From contig JAGWVF010000004.1 in NCBI GenBank assembly GCA_018971045.1, forward strand, positions 8,535 through 72,534: 64,000 bases of DNA, given 5' to 3'. Made by a program: the position numbers and the translations under genes. Positions 1-7,095 of the stretch are shown in pieces. A model generated the notes under the pieces. It made no database searches and had not been told where the DNA came from. It worked only from the letters and a program-made list of their open reading frames with translations. Within the stretch, counting starts at the first letter, position 1. Every line of letters starts with the position of its first letter. The stretch comes from Patescibacteria group bacterium. GTDB lineage: Bacteria; Patescibacteriota; Minisyncoccia; Phycocordibacterales; Phycocordibacteraceae.

Positions 1-12
1 GGTAGAGTCATC

Positions 13-204
13 ATGAGCAAGCAAGACACGCCCGAACAGGGCATGGTCACGCTGTGCGGCGTCCAGGGCTGCTGCCCCACGGTCGACTTCACGGACCCCG
101 CGAAGGTGGTCCTGAAGGACGATTTCGGCGGCCAGGTGCAGCTCACGCCCGAGCAGTGGGCCGACCTGAAGGCCAAGTTCGCCGCAGCCCCCAACCAGGG
201 CTGA
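13..204 (+). CDS. 63-aa three-Cys small protein (LCGVQGCCP); candidate radical-SAM partner or RiPP precursor, DUF397-like pattern
   Basis: Clean ORF with very strong G/C third-position bias; directly upstream of a rSAM/SPASM gene; followed by a stem-loop. Confidence 0.8.
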   Translation: MSKQDTPEQGMVTLCGVQGCCPTVDFTDPAKVVLKDDFGGQVQLTPEQWADLKAKFAAAPNQG

Positions 205-235
205 CCTGATCGACATCGTGCACGATGCCGTTCCC

Positions 236-265
236 GGCCCCCAATTGCGCAAGTGATTGGGGGCT
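236..265 (+). promoter_or_regulatory. Intergenic stem-loop (mRNA stabiliser or attenuating terminator)
   Basis: GGCCCCCAATTGC-GCAA-GTGATTGGGGGCT: 13-bp stem with G-U pairs and a GNRA tetraloop. Confidence 0.65.
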
Positions 266-296
266 GTTCCTTCACCAAACCTAGAGGAGTTGCCCT

Positions 297-1628
297 ATGT
301 GGTCCCAATATCTTCGTGTAAAGGAAAGGGGTGGCGTGGTGGCGGTGTTCCACGAACTTCATCCTGATCCAATCTTCTGCTCTTCGGAGCAGTGGGAAAG
401 TCTTCAGGCCGGTGTCACTGAAGGCGCCGATGCGCTTATCAGCGATCTCAGGAGGCGCGACTTGCTGATCGAGAATCCCGAAGAAGATCATACGGAGTTT
501 CTCGACGTCGCGACAAAGCTTGAGCGCAAGCTCAATCAGCCGACGATTCTGTATCTGATGACCGCCCAAGGATGCAATCTCCGTTGCGGATATTGTCCCG
601 TGCCGGGGATTGCAAAACGGTACGGGGAGACACTCCTTACTGCAGAGGATGCCTTTGCGGGTATCGATTTATGGGAGGAGCATCTGCAAGAGGTATACGA
701 TCCGCTCCTGCAGTACTTTGTCATTTTCTATGGCGGCGAGCCACTGCTGAACAAAGCTGTAATTGAAGCCTCACTGGGTTATATCAAGAACAAGAAGTCG
801 ATTGGCGCATTGCCAACCAATCTCAACATCATGATCGCCACTAATGGGATCTTGGTTGACGACGAGATCATCGCCCTGTGTCAGGAGCACGCGGTGATGG
901 TTGCGGTTGGTCTTGATGGACCACAAGCACCGAATGACGCGTTGAAAGTTGATCAGTGTGGCGAAGGAACGTTCGATCGGATTGTTGCGACAATCCGTCG
1001 GCTCGTCCAAAGCAACATTAGGACGTTCGCGTCGGTGAGCATTACGCCCTTCAATATCGATCACATAGCGGAGTACGCTGGTTTCTTCAGTGAATTAGGA
1101 GTCGAGAAGTTCGGTTTTAATTTTCTGAAGGGTCGACTACTTCTTGAAGTGGTGGGTCGCGAAGGTCTTGATACCTACTACCATCAGGCGTCGCGCGGCA
1201 TCATTCAGAATTCCCGGCGACAGGGCGCACGCGGCTTCGAATACCAAATGGAGAAAAAGCAGACTGCCTTCGACAATGGAGATTTCTTTCCGGTCGATTG
1301 CACCTGCTATGGCAACCAGTTGGTTATCCAACCTGACGGGCAAATCTCAAATTGCCCGTTCACCAAGACGTGGCTCGGCCACGTGAGGAGTGTGGGTACC
1401 GACTTCCGAATCTGGAATCAGCCGATCGTGAGGAAGTGGAGGAAGAGGTTGCCGCTCTATCATCCTGGGGAGGCCAAGGCCGTTTGCGGTGGAGGGTGTG
1501 CCTGGGGTTCGCAAGAGCTCAAGGGAGATCCGCTCGCCGTAGACGATTCAAGTCGAATTTTCTCTGAAGAGGTGCTCGATGAACTCATCTGGTCGCGATA
1601 CGACAGGCTCAAGTCTGGGCAGACCTAA
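297..1628 (+). CDS. Radical SAM protein with SPASM/twitch-type C-terminus (peptide maturase-like)
   Basis: CNLRCGYC (CxxxCxxC), FYGGEPLL, ATNG, C-terminal CTC..G..CPF..CGGGC; SD GAGGAG upstream. Confidence 0.92.
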   Translation: MWSQYLRVKERGGVVAVFHELHPDPIFCSSEQWESLQAGVTEGADALISDLRRRDLLIENPEEDHTEFLDVATKLERKLNQPTILYLMTAQGCNLRCGYCPVPGIAKRYGETLLTAEDAFAGIDLWEEHLQEVYDPLLQYFVIFYGGEPLLNKAVIEASLGYIKNKKSIGALPTNLNIMIATNGILVDDEIIALCQEHAVMVAVGLDGPQAPNDALKVDQCGEGTFDRIVATIRRLVQSNIRTFASVSITPFNIDHIAEYAGFFSELGVEKFGFNFLKGRLLLEVVGREGLDTYYHQASRGIIQNSRRQGARGFEYQMEKKQTAFDNGDFFPVDCTCYGNQLVIQPDGQISNCPFTKTWLGHVRSVGTDFRIWNQPIVRKWRKRLPLYHPGEAKAVCGGGCAWGSQELKGDPLAVDDSSRIFSEEVLDELIWSRYDRLKSGQT

Positions 1629-2430
1629 GTTCGGGATTATCGGAGGTTCGGGAATGTGCTCATTCCCTGAACTGAAGTTGATCTCGAGGATCAGGCCCGA
1701 GACGAAGTACGGTTCACCATCCGACGATATCTTGATTTGCGAGTACGGTGGCCAGTCGGTGGCATTTCTTCCCAGGCATGGGTCGAAGCACACGCTGGCG
1801 CCGCACAAGGTTCCCTACAAGGCAAATCTCGCCGCTCTTCGGGAGGTGGGGGTCGAGTATGTAATCGGCACTTGCATTGCCGGGAGTCTCAAGAAAGACA
1901 TTGCTCCCGGCAGTCATGTGCTACTCGACCAATTCGTCAACCTTACCTGGGGGCGCGACGACTCGGTTGAGGCGGATGGGTCATTCGTTCATTTACCGAT
2001 GGGGGAACCCTACTGCAGTCATGTGCGTCGAGCGATGCTCGAGGTCGCGGGCGTGTCGGGTATCGCGATTGTTCCGCAGGGAACCGTTGCGGTGATACAG
2101 GGACCTCGATTTTCAACCGCTGCCGAAAGTCGTTGGCTCTCAGGCAACGGTTGGGACGTGGTGAACATGACACAGTATCCAGAGTGCTACTTCGCTCGCG
2201 AGCTCGGACTCTGTTACGCGGCGATCGGTGCCGTGACGGATTACGATGTGGGACTTCAAGAAACCCTCGTGATAGACCCGCAACGAATGGACGCAATCCT
2301 CGAAGTCTTCAAAGGTAATGTCCAAACGACGAAGAATCTGCTCCTTGCATTCATTGAACGCGCAATTCCCAAACTCTCCTGCAAATGCGCGTCGGTTGTG
2401 CTCAGGGCCTACTACGAGAGTTCTTTATGA
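1579..2430 (+). CDS. mtnP: S-methyl-5'-thioadenosine phosphorylase (MTAP family purine nucleoside phosphorylase)
   Basis: GIIGGSG, FLPRHG..H, GPRFST.AES, VNMT..PE, TDYD motifs; start overlaps the rSAM 3' end by 50 nt. Confidence 0.9.
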   Translation: MNSSGRDTTGSSLGRPKFGIIGGSGMCSFPELKLISRIRPETKYGSPSDDILICEYGGQSVAFLPRHGSKHTLAPHKVPYKANLAALREVGVEYVIGTCIAGSLKKDIAPGSHVLLDQFVNLTWGRDDSVEADGSFVHLPMGEPYCSHVRRAMLEVAGVSGIAIVPQGTVAVIQGPRFSTAAESRWLSGNGWDVVNMTQYPECYFARELGLCYAAIGAVTDYDVGLQETLVIDPQRMDAILEVFKGNVQTTKNLLLAFIERAIPKLSCKCASVVLRAYYESSL

Positions 2431-2475
2431 ACCCCCCGTCGGAGAACGATCTTCTCCGACGGGGGTTCTCGTTTT
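2429..2475 (+). terminator. Rho-independent terminator after mtnP
   Basis: GAACCCCCCGTCGGAGAA / TTCTCCGACGGGGGTTC inverted repeat followed by TCGTTTT. Confidence 0.75.
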
Positions 2476-2488
2476 ATGCTATTGCTAC

Positions 2489-2573
2489 TATGATAATTTT
2501 ATGGCATTCTGATCTCGGAGCAAAGAACATTTGCATTGTGACTTAATGTAACTCTCTCGAAAGGAATATGAGC
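2489..2573 (+). promoter_or_regulatory. Putative promoter and attenuator leader of the ABC-F gene, with 3-codon uORF MAF* (2501-2512)
   Basis: -10 TATGAT 2489-2494, ATGGCATTCTGA 6 nt downstream, hairpin 2531-2551, SD AAGGA 2561-2565. Confidence 0.5.
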
Positions 2574-4250
2574 ATGTTAAAGGCTACAAAGCTTCAGAAA
2601 AGTTACGGGTCGTTACCCGTGCTTTCTGACGTCTCCTTTTCCCTCGAGCGAGGACAGAAGGTGGCGTTAGTCGGCAACAACGGAACAGGTAAGACAACCT
2701 TGCTCAAAATGATTGCCGGGCTTGAGCACCCGGATGGCGGCACGCTAGAGATAGTTCAGGATGCCTGCGTCGGCTATCTCCCTCAAGACACCAATCTTGT
2801 CGAGGACGTATCCGTCTCGGTGTATCTAAGGAGCATCTCTGGCATTGCCTCTCTTGAGAAGGAGATCGAGGAACTTTCGAAGGACCTCGACGATCCTCGA
2901 AAGGCGAGGCGGTACAGCGAAGTGCACGAGCAGTACGAGCATCTCAATGGGTACGCTTTCGATCGCCGCATGGAAGTGATGTTGGCGGGTTTCGGACTCG
3001 ACCCTATTGGCATTGACCACAAACTGTCCAGCCTCAGTAGTGGGCAGAAAAGTAAGGTAGCGCTGGTGGGCATTTTGCTCAAAGGTGTCGACCTGCTGTT
3101 GCTAGATGAGCCGACAAATAACCTCGACTTGCCTGCGCTTGTTTGGCTTGAGGATTACCTTAAGAAGAGCGAGGCGGCCTGTATCGTCGTCTCTCACGAC
3201 CGTCGATTTCTCGATCGGGTGGTGAAAAAGGTCTTCGAGCTGGACTGGCATACCCATTCTCTCACGATCACGGGAGGTACCTACAGCGACTATCTCGAAA
3301 TGGTTGCGAAGCGGATCGCTCGACAGAAGGAAGACTATCGCATTCAACAAGAAGAGATTGAAAGGCTGAGCGATAAAGCACGCGACAAGCGTGCCGATGC
3401 GGCTCGCGGCGCTCGCTGGATGGGGAAGGATAACGACAAATTCCTCAGAGGCTTCAAGCGCGATCAGGCAGGGAAGTCTGCACGCGTTGCCAAGGCAATC
3501 GATAAGAGGATCGAACAAATGGACAAGGTCGAAAGACCAATCGAACGAGATCCATTTGAGATCCCCCTTGAGGCTGAAGTGAGTTCCGGGGGACTTCATG
3601 TGAGTGCTATCGACGTTGTCGCGGGGTATCGTGATGGCTTCCAGATCGGCCCTGTGTCGTTTGAGCTGCGGTACGGAGATAGAATCGGCATCATGGGGCT
3701 TAACGGCAGTGGGAAATCAACTCTGCTGAAAACCCTCACCGGTCAAATGGAACCACTGAGCGGCAGGATTGAAATTGGCTCCGGCATCAGAATTGGCAAC
3801 ATGATGCAAGAACATGAGACCCTGCCTCGGGAATGTACGTTGCTCGAGTTCCTTACCGAACGAGAGCACCTGACTCGTCAGGATTCCTATGCCAAGCTCG
3901 CCAGATTTGGTTTCGACGAAAGGCAAGTAACTCTGCCTATCGGCACTCTGAGTCCTGGGGGTCGAGCACGGCTCCTCCTCGCTCTGTTCTCGGCGCAGTC
4001 GGTCAACATGCTAGTACTAGATGAGCCGACAAATCACCTCGACCTCGAGGCGCTCGAAGCCCTGGAAGAGATGATGAGGACCTATCGAGGTACAGTAGTG
4101 CTCGTCTCGCACGATCGCTACTTCCTCGAAAAGGCTTCACTTGGTGTTGTGTACGTTTTGTCCGAAGGGGTACTCACCAGGATCCCTGACTACAAGGCGT
4201 ACGAGGCCTCAGCGGAGGAGCGAGCACGAAAGCTACTGAAACTGCTGTAA
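2568..4250 (+). CDS. ABC-F family ribosome-associated ATPase, possibly antibiotic-resistance type (true start may be 2574)
   Basis: Two ABC domains (GNNGTGKT/LSSGQ/LDEPTN and GLNGSGKS/LSPGG/LDEPTN), no TM segments, long interdomain linker. Confidence 0.92.
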   Translation: MSMLKATKLQKSYGSLPVLSDVSFSLERGQKVALVGNNGTGKTTLLKMIAGLEHPDGGTLEIVQDACVGYLPQDTNLVEDVSVSVYLRSISGIASLEKEIEELSKDLDDPRKARRYSEVHEQYEHLNGYAFDRRMEVMLAGFGLDPIGIDHKLSSLSSGQKSKVALVGILLKGVDLLLLDEPTNNLDLPALVWLEDYLKKSEAACIVVSHDRRFLDRVVKKVFELDWHTHSLTITGGTYSDYLEMVAKRIARQKEDYRIQQEEIERLSDKARDKRADAARGARWMGKDNDKFLRGFKRDQAGKSARVAKAIDKRIEQMDKVERPIERDPFEIPLEAEVSSGGLHVSAIDVVAGYRDGFQIGPVSFELRYGDRIGIMGLNGSGKSTLLKTLTGQMEPLSGRIEIGSGIRIGNMMQEHETLPRECTLLEFLTEREHLTRQDSYAKLARFGFDERQVTLPIGTLSPGGRARLLLALFSAQSVNMLVLDEPTNHLDLEALEALEEMMRTYRGTVVLVSHDRYFLEKASLGVVYVLSEGVLTRIPDYKAYEASAEERARKLLKLL

Positions 4251-4257
4251 AGCACTT

Positions 4258-4295
4258 GGAACCCGGGCGGGCGCAGCTTGCCCCGGGTTCCTTTC
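4258..4295 (+). terminator. Terminator after ABC-F gene
   Basis: GGAACCCGGG...CCCGGGTTCC stem followed by TTT. Confidence 0.65.
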
Positions 4296-4307
4296 ATAAT
4301 AATCCAC

Positions 4308-4946
4308 ATGATCAAATCAGAACGAATCGCGAAGAAAATAAATGAACAAATATCCGTATGGGGGAATGACCATGCGAAGTTAATTATTGCTATTGAGGGG
4401 TATGCCGGCTCGGGGAAGACGACGGTTGCTGAATATCTCGCAAAAGGGAATACCAACGTGGCTGTCTTGCACCTCGATGATTTCATTAAGCCCTGGGAAG
4501 ATCGGAAGCGACTGATGAACAATGTTGGTGACAAATCAAAAGTATTTGAATACGAATGGTATCGCTATGACGATCTGGAGAAAGTACTCAAACAATTCAA
4601 GGTGAAGAAGCGGGGTGTGATGAAATACAAGGCATACGACTTTAATAAAAATGACTTTGGTCCGGCGAAGTCTCTTGACCTATCAAAAAAGATTTTGGTA
4701 ATTGAGGGTATCTTTCTCCTTCACCAAGAACACGCTATAAGCGCGCTTTGGGATAAAAAAGTGTATCTCGATATTAATTTTGCAAAGGCCGACCGAATGA
4801 GAATTGCAAGAGAAAAGAAGAAGTGGGGCAAGGCGTATCTCCCAGAAGCTCATATTGATAACTGGACCAAATACTTCAAGATTGCCTATCGAAGATATGT
4901 AAAAGAGCACAAGCCGCAGCGCATGTGTGGCTTGAGGTTTGAGTAA
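4308..4946 (+). CDS. Uridine/nucleoside kinase-like P-loop protein
   Basis: IAIEGYAGSGKTT Walker A, HLDDF, VIEGIFL; start moved to ATG 4308. Confidence 0.75.
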   Translation: MIKSERIAKKINEQISVWGNDHAKLIIAIEGYAGSGKTTVAEYLAKGNTNVAVLHLDDFIKPWEDRKRLMNNVGDKSKVFEYEWYRYDDLEKVLKQFKVKKRGVMKYKAYDFNKNDFGPAKSLDLSKKILVIEGIFLLHQEHAISALWDKKVYLDINFAKADRMRIAREKKKWGKAYLPEAHIDNWTKYFKIAYRRYVKEHKPQRMCGLRFE

Positions 4947-4967
4947 AAAAAGGCAATAGTGGGTTAC

Positions 4968-6065
4968 ATGCTCAAGATAGGCATCGTCGGATTACCGAAC
5001 GTGGGGAAGTCTACGCTTTTTAATGCGCTCACCAAGGCGAGCGTGCCTGCCGAGAACTATCCCTTCTGCACGATTGATCCGTCGGTGGGCGTGGTTGGAG
5101 TGCCGGATACACGGCTTCGCCTGCTCGCCGAGTTCTCTCACAGTGAAAAGATCATTCCAGCGGCGATCGAATTTGTTGATATCGCCGGACTCGTGAAGGG
5201 AGCCTCTGAGGGCGAGGGGCTCGGGAACCAATTCCTCGCGAATATTCGCGAGACCGACGCGATCCTCGAAGTGGTGCGCTTCTTCGACGACACCGCTGTC
5301 ATCCACGTTGATAATGATGTCGAGCCGTATAAAGACATCGAAGTGATTAATCTGGAGCTGATTCTGGCCGATGCCGAACAGGTACGGAAACGCCGCGATA
5401 AGATCGCGGGTGACGTGAAGCGCGGATTAAAAGAGGCGATCGCCGAGGAGGCCGCGCTCGCTCGTCTCTCGCAGGCCTTTACCGCGGGCGCTCTGGCGCA
5501 GAGCGCCCGCCTCACCGAGAGCGAGATAAAAGCGGTCGCGCCCCTCAATCTCCTCACGATGAAGCCGATTCTCTATGCGCTCAATAAGAAGAGCGGCGGA
5601 CATAATCTCGATGAGCTCGCGGACGGCCGCGCGGAACGCGCCCATGAGCTTATCCGCATGCTCGGCGGCCGTTCTCTCTACCTTGATGCGGCAGTCGAGC
5701 GGGAGCTCAATGATGTTGCCGATGACGATAAGGCCGGCTTTCGCCAAGAACTCGGCGTCCCTGACGACGGGCTCGCCGGACTCATCATCGCCGCGTATGA
5801 AACGCTCGGACTCATTTCTTACTTTACGACCGGCAGGGACGAGACGCGCGCCTGGACGATCAAGCGAGGCAGTACTGCGCCCGTAGCGGGTGCGGCTATC
5901 CATAATGATTTCTTGAATAAATTCATCCGCGCGGAAGTCATCTCTTGGAAAGATCTTCTTACGGCCGGCTCCTATGCCGCCGCCCGCGAGAAGGGCCTTG
6001 TCCGTACGGAGGGGAAGGAGTACGTCGTCAAGGACGGCGACGTTATCGAATTTCTTCACGGCTAA
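4968..6065 (+). CDS. ychF: Ribosome-binding ATPase YchF
   Basis: GIVGLPNVGKST, NYPFCTI, DIAGLV.GAS.GEGLGN, C-terminal TGS region EGKEYVVKDGD. Confidence 0.97.
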   Translation: MLKIGIVGLPNVGKSTLFNALTKASVPAENYPFCTIDPSVGVVGVPDTRLRLLAEFSHSEKIIPAAIEFVDIAGLVKGASEGEGLGNQFLANIRETDAILEVVRFFDDTAVIHVDNDVEPYKDIEVINLELILADAEQVRKRRDKIAGDVKRGLKEAIAEEAALARLSQAFTAGALAQSARLTESEIKAVAPLNLLTMKPILYALNKKSGGHNLDELADGRAERAHELIRMLGGRSLYLDAAVERELNDVADDDKAGFRQELGVPDDGLAGLIIAAYETLGLISYFTTGRDETRAWTIKRGSTAPVAGAAIHNDFLNKFIRAEVISWKDLLTAGSYAAAREKGLVRTEGKEYVVKDGDVIEFLHG

Positions 6066-6093
6066 GCCGCTTTATTATGGTATAATTTCATAT

Positions 6094-7053
6094 ATGGAAA
6101 AACCAAAAACAACGGCAAAGGATTTCTTCTTCTGGGCTGGCGCGATCGTGGCGCTCTATTGGACCGTTATCGCGTATGTCGCGCTCATTTTTGATTACAT
6201 CAATTACACCTTTCAGAATCCGCTTTCGTATCTGCCGATCGATCCATACCAGAGCGGGATCAGCTACGAGATGGCGTCGGTGATTGTTCTTCTGCCGATC
6301 TATGTGCTCTTGCGGCGGCTCATCCGCCGCGACGCCGCGCGCGATCCTTCGCGAAACGAGATTTGGGTCCGCCGCTGGGCGCTTATTTTCACCCTCTTTC
6401 TCGCGGGGATTGCAATGGCGGGCGATCTCATCGTTCTTCTCACTACGTTCCTGAACGGCGAGGAGCTGACGGTGAACTTCCTTCTGAAGATATTCGTCAT
6501 CTTCCTGGTGGCCGCCGGCATATTCATGCATTTCATCTCGGATCTTCGCGGCTACTGGAATAGGTTTCCCAAGCGCCGGCAGTCGGTGGTTATCGGAGTC
6601 GGCGCGCTCGCGCTCGCGACCGTCCTCGCGGGATTCGTGATTGTCGGAACTCCGGGGCAGGCGCGCCTCGCGCGCTTTGACGCTCAGAAAGTCGCTGATC
6701 TTCAGAATATCCAGTATCGCGTCATCAATTACTGGCAAGCGAAGCAGGTGTTGCCGACGACGATCGGGGACCTCGCCAACTCGCTTTCGTACGGCGCGCT
6801 TCCGACCGATCCGCAGACGAAAGCCGCGTATACGTACCGGGTGACCGGCGCGACCTCCTTCCAACTCTGCGCCGCGTTCAATGAGGCAAGTCGGACGAGC
6901 GAGGGAGCGCTGTTAAGCCCTCCTGCCGCAGAGCCCGAGGTATCCGGAGCGTACGGGATCAAAGAGAATAATTGGATGCATCAAGCCGGCTTTTTCTGCT
7001 TCGATCGCGTGATTGATCCGAGTTTCTACCCGCCTCTTAAAGCGGCGATGTAA
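6094..7053 (+). CDS. DUF5671-like multi-pass membrane protein
   Basis: About 5 TM helices plus a pilin-like C-terminal domain (DPQT..Y.Y...F.LCA.F), typical of CPR; TATAAT 7 nt upstream. Confidence 0.7.
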   Translation: MEKPKTTAKDFFFWAGAIVALYWTVIAYVALIFDYINYTFQNPLSYLPIDPYQSGISYEMASVIVLLPIYVLLRRLIRRDAARDPSRNEIWVRRWALIFTLFLAGIAMAGDLIVLLTTFLNGEELTVNFLLKIFVIFLVAAGIFMHFISDLRGYWNRFPKRRQSVVIGVGALALATVLAGFVIVGTPGQARLARFDAQKVADLQNIQYRVINYWQAKQVLPTTIGDLANSLSYGALPTDPQTKAAYTYRVTGATSFQLCAAFNEASRTSEGALLSPPAAEPEVSGAYGIKENNWMHQAGFFCFDRVIDPSFYPPLKAAM

Positions 7054-7095
7054 TTAGGATTGCGGCGTCGGCTGAAGCCAGAGCGTCTATTCTCC

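Noticed and set aside
2529-2553. Sequence loosely resembling a dif/Xer site (TTGCATTG..TAATGTAACT)
   Set aside because: Poor match to the XerD arm; better explained as an RNA hairpin in the ABC-F leader
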